A DNA stretch of 64,000 nt from the NCBI GenBank assembly GCA_003213595.1, contig QCMR01000002.1:128015-192014 (forward strand), read 5' to 3'. The notes below the pieces were generated by a model. The model did no database searches. It was given only the letters and a program-made list of their open reading frames with translations, and had not been told where the DNA came from. Origin of the DNA: SAR86 cluster bacterium AG-422-E19. Lineage in GTDB: Bacteria; Pseudomonadota; Gammaproteobacteria; Magnimaribacterales; AG-339-G14. Positions 33,428 to 42,585 of the stretch are shown here, one piece after another. The position numbers were made by a program, and so were the translations under genes. The first letter of the stretch is position 1, and the number at the start of each line of letters is the position of its first letter.

Positions 33428-33443
33428 TTAAAAATACTATAAT
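33415..33443 (+). promoter_or_regulatory. Putative sigma-70 promoter for the 2-oxoacid oxidoreductase cluster
   Basis: -35 TTGTAC (33415..33420), exact 17-nt spacer, consensus -10 TATAAT (33438..33443), about 45 nt upstream of the ATG at 33488. Pattern match only. Confidence 0.4.
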
Positions 33444-33487
33444 TTACTACTTATAGAGTTGTGAGATGAAAATAAGGTACACATTAA

Positions 33488-35518
33488 ATGTTAGATAAAA
33501 AATATTTGTTTAAAAGAAATAACGTATGGTGGGTAAAACTTGCTGTACCTTTATCTTTAAGAAGTGAATTAGGCTATGATTTAAGAAGAACTACTGGCGA
33601 AACAGACTTAGATAAAGCAATTCCTATCAGAGATAAAATCATTGAAGATTTTAAAACTGAATTTCAAATAAGGAAAGTTAATGCAGATGATAAAGGTATC
33701 GTGCTTCGAGGGACTGAGCACATGCAAAAAACTGATATTTCTGATCCACAATATTTTCATAAGGTAGTTGATTGCCAATATGCATGCCCTGCTCATACCA
33801 ATGTTCCCGAATATATTCGTCTAATTGCTCAGAAAAAATATGACGACGCATATATGCTTAACTGGGAATCTAACGTATTTCCAGGAATACTTGGAAGGAC
33901 CTGTGATAGGCCTTGTGAACCTGCATGTCGGAGAGGGAGAACTCACGACAAGCCAGTAGCTATCTGTAGATTAAAAAGAGTCACTTATGATTATAAGAAT
34001 GATATTGATCCTTATCTTCCTGAAATTCCAAAAGTTAAAAATGGTAAAAAAATTGGCCTGATTGGAGCAGGCCCTGCGTCTTTGACAGTGGCAAGAGACT
34101 TATTACCCTTAGGTTATGAAGTTACTATTTTTGAGAAAGATAATAAGCCTGGTGGATTAATGAGAACTAATATTCCTTCTTTTAGGCTTCCAGCGGAAGT
34201 TTTGGACGAAGAGGTTTATAGAATTATCAAAATGGGAGCTGAACTGAAAACCAATTCATATATCGATAGCCTAGAAAATGTTATTGATTCTTTTGATGCT
34301 GTATTTGTTGGCACTGGGGCACCAAAAGGTAAAGATCTTGAAATACCTGGTAGAAAAGAAGCAAGTGAAAATATTCATATTGGTATCGATTGGTTAACTA
34401 GTATTGCTTTTGAGCATACCAAATCAATAGGTAAGAAAGTTATTGTCATTGGCGGTGGAAATACAGCTATGGATTGCTGTAGGACAGCCATTAGGTTGGG
34501 AGCAGACGACGTTAAAGTGACTGTCAGAAGTCCAAAGTCAGACATGAAGGCATCTGATTGGGAGTTAGAAGAAGCAATTGACGAGGGAATTCCTATTCTA
34601 GATAACACTTCTCCAAAAGAATTTTTATTGGATGATGAGGGCAAACTTAAGGGTATGAAGTTTGAAAAAATGGAAGCTCAATATACCGATGGTAAAAGAA
34701 AGTTAATTCCTACGGGCGAAGAAATAATTATTGAATGCGATGACGTGCTTTTAGCAATTGGTCAAGATAATGCCTTTCCATGGATAGAAAAAAATATCGG
34801 AATTGAATTTAATGAATGGGACTGCCCTATTGTTGATAAAACCACAATGCAGTCTTCTCACCCAAAAGTCTTTTTCGGTGGTGATGCTGCCTGGGGTCCT
34901 GAAAACATCATATGGGCTGTAGCGCATGGTCATCAAGCTGCAATTTCCATTGATAATTTTTGTAGTGAGGTTGACTTATTTGATAGGCCTCCACCGCTTA
35001 CAAATTTAGTAAGTCAAAAAATGGGAATTCATGAATGGTCTTATGACAATGGCATTTCTCAAGAAGCTCGTTTAGAAGTTCCTCATGCAGATTTAAAACA
35101 AGCTCTAAGTGATCTTAAAATGGAAGTTGAGCTTGGCTTTGATGAGAAACTCGCGCTCGATGAAGCGCAAAGATGTCTTAATTGCGATATGCAGACAGTT
35201 TTTCAAGAAAAGCTTTGTATAGAGTGTGATGCTTGTGTTGATATTTGTCCGACAGACTGTATTACATTCACTACAAATGATACTGAAGAAAAGGTCAGAG
35301 AAAAACTTAGAGTGCCTGCTTTGAATTTGGATCAAGATCTTTATGTCTCAGAAAAACTAGCTACTGGAAGAATAATGGTTAAAGATGAAGATATGTGCGT
35401 TCATTGTGGACTGTGTGCAGAAAGGTGTCCAACTGGAGCTTGGGACATTCAAAAAAATAATTATATTGAAGCGCATAACTTGAACAAAGATAGAGTTAAA
35501 GCCAAGGAAGTGGCTTAG
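33488..35518 (+). CDS. GltD-like NAD(P)H flavoprotein fused to a C-terminal 2x[4Fe-4S] ferredoxin domain (putative electron-transfer subunit of the adjacent KorAB)
   Basis: N-terminal Fe-S region CPAHTNVP...CDRPCEPACRRG. Two dinucleotide folds (IGLIGAGPASL, VIVIGGGNTAMDCCRTA). C-terminal CLNC...CIECDACVDICP and CVHCGLCAERCP. The first 78 aa are atypical. An internal ATG at 33722 has a GAGG Shine-Dalgarno 8 nt upstream and may be the real start. Confidence 0.8.
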   Translation: MLDKKYLFKRNNVWWVKLAVPLSLRSELGYDLRRTTGETDLDKAIPIRDKIIEDFKTEFQIRKVNADDKGIVLRGTEHMQKTDISDPQYFHKVVDCQYACPAHTNVPEYIRLIAQKKYDDAYMLNWESNVFPGILGRTCDRPCEPACRRGRTHDKPVAICRLKRVTYDYKNDIDPYLPEIPKVKNGKKIGLIGAGPASLTVARDLLPLGYEVTIFEKDNKPGGLMRTNIPSFRLPAEVLDEEVYRIIKMGAELKTNSYIDSLENVIDSFDAVFVGTGAPKGKDLEIPGRKEASENIHIGIDWLTSIAFEHTKSIGKKVIVIGGGNTAMDCCRTAIRLGADDVKVTVRSPKSDMKASDWELEEAIDEGIPILDNTSPKEFLLDDEGKLKGMKFEKMEAQYTDGKRKLIPTGEEIIIECDDVLLAIGQDNAFPWIEKNIGIEFNEWDCPIVDKTTMQSSHPKVFFGGDAAWGPENIIWAVAHGHQAAISIDNFCSEVDLFDRPPPLTNLVSQKMGIHEWSYDNGISQEARLEVPHADLKQALSDLKMEVELGFDEKLALDEAQRCLNCDMQTVFQEKLCIECDACVDICPTDCITFTTNDTEEKVREKLRVPALNLDQDLYVSEKLATGRIMVKDEDMCVHCGLCAERCPTGAWDIQKNNYIEAHNLNKDRVKAKEVA

Positions 35519-37350
35519 TGGAAAATCCTGTAAAAGTAGATCCGATTAATTCTCTTAATGACTTTGTCATTAAATTTGCAAATGTAAATGGAACAGGTTC
35601 TGCAAGTGCTAACCAAATGTTTGCTAAATCTATCTTTAGGATGGGAATACCTATTAGTCCAAAAAATATTTTTCCTTCAAATATCCAAGGTTTGCCTACT
35701 TGGTTTGAAGTCAGAGTAAATAATAAGGGATACTTAGGAAGTAGAGGCGGTGTAGATATTGCTGTTGCTATGAATCCCCAAACTTATTCTCAAGACGTTG
35801 AGGAAATTTTAGAGGGTGGTTACCTTTTATATGATTCTACTTGGAAAAGAAATTTCAATAGGGACGATATCACTATTATCGAAATACCTTTAACGCAACT
35901 TTGTGTAGATTCTTTTACTAACGCCAAACAAAGGGCATTATTTAAAAATATTGCCTATGTAGGAGCATTATCACCTCTTTTGGAAATTGAATATGAAGTT
36001 CTTGAGAAATTAATTTCAGAACAGTTTGTAAACAAGCCTGCGCTTATCGAACCAAATATAAAAGCTTTAAACATAGGAAGAGATTACGTTTTAAAGAATT
36101 TACCTTATCCACTGGGAATTAACGTTAAAAGAGAAGATAAGCTTAAAGATAAAATACTTGTTTCTGGAAATGATGCATGTGGATTAGGAGCGGTCTATGG
36201 AGGAGCTACATTTTGCTCTTGGTATCCAATAACACCATCTACCTCTGTTGCTGAAGGCTTTGAAAAATACGCCTCAAAATATAGGGTTGATCCTCAGACG
36301 GGTAAAAATAACTATATAAGTGTTCAAGCAGAAGATGAATTAGCTGCAGTTGGAATGGCGATAGGTGCAAATTGGAATGGCGCTAGAGGCTTCACTGCAA
36401 CAAGCGGCCCGGGCATCTCCTTAATGAGTGAATTTTTAGGTTTAGCTTATTTTGCTGAAGTACCTCTGGTTATTTTCAACATTCAAAGAGGTGGACCTTC
36501 AACTGGAATGCCAACCAGAACTCAACAATCCGATATCCTTACATGTGCTTATGCTTCACATGGTGACACTAAACATGTACTTTTATTTCCAGAAGATCCT
36601 CAGGAGTGTTTTGAGTTTTCTGCAGAAGCTTTTAATTTAGCAGAAAGATTACAAACTCCTGTATTTGTAATTAGTGATTTAGATATTGGAATGAATGATT
36701 GGGTTACAGATAAATTTGATTGGGATGATGAACAGAAATATGACAGAGGAAAAGTTCTTAAGGCTGAAGATTTAGACAAGATGGATAATTTTGGAAGATA
36801 TTTAGATGTTGATGACGATGGTATTTGCTATAGAACCTATCCTGGAACCCACCCTGAAAAGGGAGCATTCTTTACAAGAGGAACATCTCATGATGAATAT
36901 GCTAGGTACACTGAAAATGGAGATATCAACGAGCAAACTTTAACGAGATTGGTTAAAAAGTTTAGGACTGCGTCTGAATTAGTTCCTGATCCAATTATTA
37001 ATCTTTCCGAAAAACAAGGAAGTTCTGGGGTAATTTTCTATGGAAGTACATCTGCAGCAATGTATGAGGCTAAAGATATTCTCAATGAAAATAACATTGA
37101 GGTAGATCTCATGAGAATTAGATCTTTCCCTTTTAATTTAGATGTATGGGAATTTATTGAAAACCATGACCTTATCTATGTGATTGAACAAAACAGAGAT
37201 AGTCAAATGAGAACCTTGATAATGGCTGAAGGAGGAATTTCAGCAGAAAAACTTAGATCACTAGTGTGGTTCAATGGGGATCCAATTCAGGCTAAATTTA
37301 TTGCTAAGAAAATATATGAAAGAGAATCACAACAGGCATTAATCTCATGA
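35518..37350 (+). CDS. korA: 2-oxoacid:ferredoxin (acceptor) oxidoreductase alpha subunit (KorA-type, fused gamma+alpha domains)
   Basis: 610 aa with a GTG start overlapping the upstream stop by 1 nt (TAGTG). KFANVNGTGSASAN N-terminal domain, then the pyrimidine-binding domain SWYPITPST...ATSGPGISLM. Confidence 0.88.
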   Translation: MENPVKVDPINSLNDFVIKFANVNGTGSASANQMFAKSIFRMGIPISPKNIFPSNIQGLPTWFEVRVNNKGYLGSRGGVDIAVAMNPQTYSQDVEEILEGGYLLYDSTWKRNFNRDDITIIEIPLTQLCVDSFTNAKQRALFKNIAYVGALSPLLEIEYEVLEKLISEQFVNKPALIEPNIKALNIGRDYVLKNLPYPLGINVKREDKLKDKILVSGNDACGLGAVYGGATFCSWYPITPSTSVAEGFEKYASKYRVDPQTGKNNYISVQAEDELAAVGMAIGANWNGARGFTATSGPGISLMSEFLGLAYFAEVPLVIFNIQRGGPSTGMPTRTQQSDILTCAYASHGDTKHVLLFPEDPQECFEFSAEAFNLAERLQTPVFVISDLDIGMNDWVTDKFDWDDEQKYDRGKVLKAEDLDKMDNFGRYLDVDDDGICYRTYPGTHPEKGAFFTRGTSHDEYARYTENGDINEQTLTRLVKKFRTASELVPDPIINLSEKQGSSGVIFYGSTSAAMYEAKDILNENNIEVDLMRIRSFPFNLDVWEFIENHDLIYVIEQNRDSQMRTLIMAEGGISAEKLRSLVWFNGDPIQAKFIAKKIYERESQQALIS

Positions 37351-38399
37351 GTTACTTTAAACCAATAAATAAACACCCCAATTTAGAAAAAAATAAGTTA
37401 GGTCTCACTAGAAGAGATTATGAAGGTGGCGTTTCTACGCTATGTGCTGGATGTGGCCATGATTCAATAAGCGCTTGCATCATTGAAGCCTGTTTTAGGT
37501 TAAATATAGAAGCATACAAAGTAGCTAAATTGTCTGGAATTGGATGTTCTTCAAAAGCTCCTGCATACTTTTTAAACGCCTCTCATGGATTTAATTCTGT
37601 TCATGGAAGGATGCCTTCTATAGCAACAGGAGCAAATTGCGCTAATGAGGATTTACTATATTTAGGCGTATCAGGAGATGGAGATAGTGCTTCAATTGGT
37701 ATAGGTCAATTTATTCATGCAATAAGGAGGCAAGTGAACATGGTATATTTCGTTGAAAATAATGGAACATATGGTTTAACGAAAGGACAATTTTCCGCAA
37801 CAAATGACCTTGAATCTAAAAATAAATATGGAGAAGATAATTTATTCCCGCCAATTGATCTTACTTCAATGGCAATTCAGATGGGAGCATCATATGTAGC
37901 TAGAAGCTTTTCAGGAGATAGGGATCAGTTAGTTCCTTTAATTATGGGGGCAATTCAACACAAAGGTTTTGCGCTCTTGGATATTATTAGTCCTTGTGTG
38001 ACCTTTAATAATCATGATTCTTCAACTAAAAGTTACGATTACATTCGAAATCACAATGAAGCTATGGGCAAAACAGATTTTGTTCCCCTAGGAGAGGAAA
38101 TTAAGACTAATTATGATGACGGTTCGAGTGTAGAAGTAAAGCTTCATGATGGTTCAAGACTTTCATTAGAAAAAACAGATCATAATTTTGATCCCACGGA
38201 TGCTGGGAAATCTTTGGAGTTAATTAGGGAAAAAAATAAAGAAGGAAAAATTATCACCGGATTGCTTTATGTAGACAATAAATGCAAGCCTTTAACTGAA
38301 ATAATGGACTTGCCTGATAAACCACTTAACACTTTAGAACAGGATGAACTTTGTCCTGGCAGCGAGATATTGGAAGAAATTAATAAAGGTTTAAGTTAA
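37347..38399 (+). CDS. korB: 2-oxoacid:ferredoxin oxidoreductase beta subunit (KorB-type, TPP-binding)
   Basis: 350 aa. CAGCGHD cluster ligands and the TPP motif GDGDSASIG...(x)...VENNGTYGLTKGQ. ATGA overlap with korA. Confidence 0.9.
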   Translation: MSYFKPINKHPNLEKNKLGLTRRDYEGGVSTLCAGCGHDSISACIIEACFRLNIEAYKVAKLSGIGCSSKAPAYFLNASHGFNSVHGRMPSIATGANCANEDLLYLGVSGDGDSASIGIGQFIHAIRRQVNMVYFVENNGTYGLTKGQFSATNDLESKNKYGEDNLFPPIDLTSMAIQMGASYVARSFSGDRDQLVPLIMGAIQHKGFALLDIISPCVTFNNHDSSTKSYDYIRNHNEAMGKTDFVPLGEEIKTNYDDGSSVEVKLHDGSRLSLEKTDHNFDPTDAGKSLELIREKNKEGKIITGLLYVDNKCKPLTEIMDLPDKPLNTLEQDELCPGSEILEEINKGLS

Positions 38400-39104
38400 A
38401 TTTACACCAAGTCTGTGTGCAATTTCTTGGTAAGATTCAACCACGTCTCCAAGACCCAGTCTAAATCTATCTTTATCTAATTTCTTTTTAGTTTCCTTGT
38501 CCCATACTCTACAACCATCAGGAGTAAATTCATCTCCAAGATATATTTTTCCTGAGTTTTTTCCAAACTCTAATTTGAAGTCAACAAGGATTAAATCCGC
38601 TTTAAGAAATAAATCTACTAAATGATCGTTAATTTCTAATGTGAGATTTTTTAAAGCATCTATATCATCTGCTTCTGCCCAGCCAAAAGATATTATGTGA
38701 TTATCATTTATCATTGGATCGCCTAAGTCGTCATCTTTATAAAAGAATTCGAAAATTGGATTTTCAAATTTCATCCCCTCCTCAAGACCAAGGCGCTTGC
38801 AAATACTTCCTGCGGCATAATTCCTCACGACACATTCAATTGGAAACATATCTAAAGATAAAACCAAACTCTCGCGGTCATTTAGTTCTTCTAGAAGATG
38901 ACAAGCTACGCCTTTGGAGTCTAAATGATTCATAATAAAGTTATTGAATCTGTTATTGACTGTACCCTTTCCGGCTAGTTGTTCTATTTTTTTTCCATCA
39001 AATGCAGAGGTGTCGTCAGTAAAATCCATTACAAGCTTAGATTCATCTGCTGTCTTATAAAGCTCTTTAGCTTTTCCTTTTGTTAGTAATTCTTTCTTTT
39101 CCAT
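38391..39104 (-). CDS. purC: Phosphoribosylaminoimidazole-succinocarboxamide (SAICAR) synthase
   Basis: 237 aa. GKAKELY, SAFDG and DEFTPDGCRVWD motifs. Its 3' end overlaps the korB 3' end by 9 nt (convergent genes). Confidence 0.95.
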   Translation of the reverse strand: MEKKELLTKGKAKELYKTADESKLVMDFTDDTSAFDGKKIEQLAGKGTVNNRFNNFIMNHLDSKGVACHLLEELNDRESLVLSLDMFPIECVVRNYAAGSICKRLGLEEGMKFENPIFEFFYKDDDLGDPMINDNHIISFGWAEADDIDALKNLTLEINDHLVDLFLKADLILVDFKLEFGKNSGKIYLGDEFTPDGCRVWDKETKKKLDKDRFRLGLGDVVESYQEIAHRLGVNLT

Positions 39105-39111
39105 TTCAAAT

Positions 39112-40083
39112 TTATGACAATGATTGGTTAATTTGAGAAATAATCTCTTCTGATAGGTCCAGGTTTTCTTTGTCCAAACTGGTAGAAATTAGACACTCTT
39201 TAGAGCTCAGTTCTTTTACAATGATCTCTACATTTGTAATATCTGCCCTACGGTCAAGCAGAGATCTCTTTAAAGAATATTCTAAATAAAATTTACCTTG
39301 ATTTCTATCTTCATCAATTATTTTGTAACCGGCAAACAGTAAAGATCTTCTTAGAGCAGCCCAAGCTCGAGGAAAATTTATTTTTAATTTTATTTTTGAC
39401 AAACCGGTTATGTCGTCTATGATTACTTCCGTTTTATTAGTTGCATTCAAATTTAAAGCAACTAACGAAGTCCCTGTAGATGGGCCAGAAGATGACAAAT
39501 ACTCGTAGAATTCGTCAGTCAATTCATCTAACTTACTCTCCTCTGATGGAATAATTTGCCACGAATTATTTATTTTTTTTAATTGAGAAACAAAAATTTC
39601 AGAACTTGATTGTTGCAATCCTCTTTCAATTTTGAAGACAAATTTTGAATCTACATTTTCATGTTTAAAAATTTTTGAATTTATGGTTCCTGAGTTAGCG
39701 TCAAAAGAATCTATGCCCAAATCATTATTATTTTCCAAAAACCCTATTGTCATCGGCCAGGCGGCACTAGGTTCTTGCCCTAAGTAAACCCATCTAATTT
39801 CGCCGAGCTTGTGAAGTCTAATTTCATTTGGAGAGGCAGCGGAAAAGAGTTGTTTCGGTCTTGGTGTTGTTATTCTTTCTTGACTATCAAAGACTTCAAC
39901 TTCTCCAATAATAGGATACTTGTCGATAACAAAGGAAGAGTCCTTTAAAACATCATTATTGAGCAAAATATTTTCTGTCTTTGAAGGATCAACAAAGCTT
40001 TTCTTGTCCAGAATATTTTCTGATTTTTCAATTGCGCATGAAAATGTCAAAAAAGAAAGCAACAAACTAATTAATATTCTCAT
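39112..40083 (-). CDS. bamC: Outer-membrane assembly lipoprotein BamC (NlpB)-like
   Basis: Signal peptide with lipobox (LTFSC). Conserved dapA-bamC-purC position as in E. coli. The sequence itself is poorly diagnostic. Confidence 0.6.
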   Translation of the reverse strand: MRILISLLLSFLTFSCAIEKSENILDKKSFVDPSKTENILLNNDVLKDSSFVIDKYPIIGEVEVFDSQERITTPRPKQLFSAASPNEIRLHKLGEIRWVYLGQEPSAAWPMTIGFLENNNDLGIDSFDANSGTINSKIFKHENVDSKFVFKIERGLQQSSSEIFVSQLKKINNSWQIIPSEESKLDELTDEFYEYLSSSGPSTGTSLVALNLNATNKTEVIIDDITGLSKIKLKINFPRAWAALRRSLLFAGYKIIDEDRNQGKFYLEYSLKRSLLDRRADITNVEIIVKELSSKECLISTSLDKENLDLSEEIISQINQSLS

Positions 40084-40091
40084 TAAATAAA

Positions 40092-40982
40092 CTAAATCAA
40101 ATTAAGCTTTTTGAGAGAGTTCTCTAAAGGCTTTTTAAAGGAATCATTAAGTTCTATCAAAGGCAATCTAATTCCCATATTAATTAATCCCATTTTGTAA
40201 AGAGCCCATTTTACAGGAATTGGGTTAGATTCGCAGAATAAGTTCTTATTAAGAACCTCTAAACTATCATCAAGTTCTTTAGCTTTAGAATAATTAGTAT
40301 CAACGGCTTTACATATTTCCGAAACAATATCAGGAACAACGTTTGAGGTAACTGAAATGGTTCCATGACCTCCATTTTTCAAGAATTCTAACGAAGAAAA
40401 ATCATCTCCTGAATATAATAAAAAATTGTTGTTTTCAATTTCCTCTTTACATAGTTTTAAAACCTCTGAATGATTTTTCATATCTCCAGTAGCATCTTTT
40501 ATACCGATGATATTTTTATGTGATGAAAGCCTAAGAACAGTTTCAGGCTCAATAAAGCTAGCAGTTCTCGAAGGGACGTTATAAAGAATTTGGGGTATAT
40601 CTACTTCATCTGCAATTTTCATATGATGATAATAGATACCATCTTGAGGAGGTTTGTTGTAGTAGGGAGAGACCAATAAAGCTGCATCAGCACCAGCACT
40701 TTTTGCTTCTTTGGTCAGATGAAGTGCCTCTTCAGTTGAATTCGCTCCAGTACCTGCAATGATATGAACTCTACCTTTATTAATTTTTACAAAAAATTCA
40801 ATCAGCTTGATATGATCTTTAAAATCTATTGTTGCAGACTCTCCTGTTGTTCCAACTGCAACCAATCCAGAAATTCCTGAATCTATTTGATAGTTAATAA
40901 GCTTTTCAAGGGAATCATAATCTAGATCTCCTTTCTCATTCATTGGAGTAACTAAAGCTGTTATTGATCCTTTGATTAACAT
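40092..40982 (-). CDS. dapA: 4-hydroxy-tetrahydrodipicolinate synthase
   Basis: 296 aa. VAVGTTGESATI and the YNVPSRT motif, class I aldolase fold. Confidence 0.96.
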   Translation of the reverse strand: MLIKGSITALVTPMNEKGDLDYDSLEKLINYQIDSGISGLVAVGTTGESATIDFKDHIKLIEFFVKINKGRVHIIAGTGANSTEEALHLTKEAKSAGADAALLVSPYYNKPPQDGIYYHHMKIADEVDIPQILYNVPSRTASFIEPETVLRLSSHKNIIGIKDATGDMKNHSEVLKLCKEEIENNNFLLYSGDDFSSLEFLKNGGHGTISVTSNVVPDIVSEICKAVDTNYSKAKELDDSLEVLNKNLFCESNPIPVKWALYKMGLINMGIRLPLIELNDSFKKPLENSLKKLNLI

Positions 40983-41047
40983 TGGAGTATTTATGAAATC
41001 TTAATAAATGGTATTATTTCATACCTTAACAAATCTTAATTAAAAAT

Positions 41048-41500
41048 ATGAAAATAGGAACAAAAATAAAGAATTTTAAGGCTGAAATGTCCGGAAAAAA
41101 TGATTTCAATTTGGCTGATTATAAGGGTCAAAAAATCGTAATATATTTTTACCCCAGAGATAACACGCCAGGGTGTACTTCTGAAGGCGAAGATTTTAGG
41201 GATAATTTCAAGTTATTTAAAAAAAAGAATACAAAAATTTTTGGAGTTTCCAAAGACTCCTTAAAATCTCATGAAAGCTTTAAAAATAAGTTCAATTTTC
41301 CTTTTGAATTAATTTCTGATCCTGATGAAAAAGTTTGTAAAATTTTTGATGTCATCAAAGAAAAGAGTATGTACGGTAAAAAATATATGGGCATTGAAAG
41401 AAGTACATTTTTGATAGATTCAGATGGAAAGCTTTTAAAAGAATGGAGAAAAGTAAAAGTAAAAGGACATGCTGAAGATGTCCTATCAAGTATAGACTAA
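41048..41500 (+). CDS. bcp: Thiol peroxidase Bcp (peroxiredoxin Q family)
   Basis: 150 aa. The peroxidatic Cys context YFYPRDNTPGCTSEG. Confidence 0.9.
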   Translation: MKIGTKIKNFKAEMSGKNDFNLADYKGQKIVIYFYPRDNTPGCTSEGEDFRDNFKLFKKKNTKIFGVSKDSLKSHESFKNKFNFPFELISDPDEKVCKIFDVIKEKSMYGKKYMGIERSTFLIDSDGKLLKEWRKVKVKGHAEDVLSSID

Positions 41501-42549
41501 TTTACTAAATCTTTTTTTGTGGGCCATGCAACCAAAATTGCTCTTAGAAAAGTTGCAATAGGAATTGCTAAAAGTAGCCCCCAAAACCCCCAAATACCCC
41601 CAAAAATCAGTACAGCGGTGATGATTAAGACCGGATGTAACTTGACTTCTCTTCCTAATAACAAAGGCATGAGAACATTGCCATCTAAAGCTTGAATAAC
41701 TAAATAACTGATTAAAAAAATATAAAAATTTGAATCTAATCCCCACTGAAAAAGGCCAATTAAGATAACTGGAATAGTTACTAATATTGCCCCAACGTAA
41801 GGTATCAAAACAGATAGCCCTACTAAGATAGCCAGAATAATTGAATAATTTACATCTTGTAAAGAAAACACAACTCCTGTGACTAGAGAGACAATTATCA
41901 TTTCTAGGCCTTTGCCTCTTAAGTATCCATATAATTGGATATTCACATCCTTCCAGATTTTAGACAACAAATCCCTTTTTTTTGGAAGCAAAACCTTCAC
42001 GTAGCTCAAAAATACATCCCTATCCTTCAGAAGAAAAAAAACTAAAAAAGGAACAATGATTAAATAAAGTAACGCATTCATTACGGCCGCAAAACCTGAA
42101 TTTAGCTGCAGCAAAGCATTTTGAAATAAACTAGGTATGTATGAAAACGCATTAATTACAATCTCCTCCAGTTGATTTGATTGGATTGTATAATTTGCTA
42201 ATTGGTTTGAAATAAAAATGTTTACTGAATCGTAGATTTGCGGAATGTCGGATACCAAAAGCAAAATCTGTCTGGATAAAAAAGGTAAAAATATAAATAT
42301 TGATAAATAAAATAAACTAAAAACGATGAGTGTTACTGTTAAAGCCAATAATCTACTATTGCCCTTTTCTTCTAAAAAACTCATTAATCCATTTAAAATA
42401 TAAGCAATTAAAATACTTACCAGTACGGGGGCAATTATGCCTCCAATGAAATAAAGAATAACTATTCCAATTGATAGGATAAATAAAGCAGCATAATGCT
42501 CATCGTCATAAAAATACCTATCAAAAAAACTTTTTAAAAAATTTAACAT
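41497..42549 (-). CDS. AI-2E / PerM-family membrane transporter
   Basis: 350 aa with about 8 TM helices and the conserved C-terminal region LLAIPIATFLRA typical of UPF0118/AI-2E proteins. Confidence 0.8.
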   Translation of the reverse strand: MLNFLKSFFDRYFYDDEHYAALFILSIGIVILYFIGGIIAPVLVSILIAYILNGLMSFLEEKGNSRLLALTVTLIVFSLFYLSIFIFLPFLSRQILLLVSDIPQIYDSVNIFISNQLANYTIQSNQLEEIVINAFSYIPSLFQNALLQLNSGFAAVMNALLYLIIVPFLVFFLLKDRDVFLSYVKVLLPKKRDLLSKIWKDVNIQLYGYLRGKGLEMIIVSLVTGVVFSLQDVNYSIILAILVGLSVLIPYVGAILVTIPVILIGLFQWGLDSNFYIFLISYLVIQALDGNVLMPLLLGREVKLHPVLIITAVLIFGGIWGFWGLLLAIPIATFLRAILVAWPTKKDLVN

Positions 42550-42585
42550 TTGTTTCCTTTACTTTTAATCAATTATACTTTCTAA

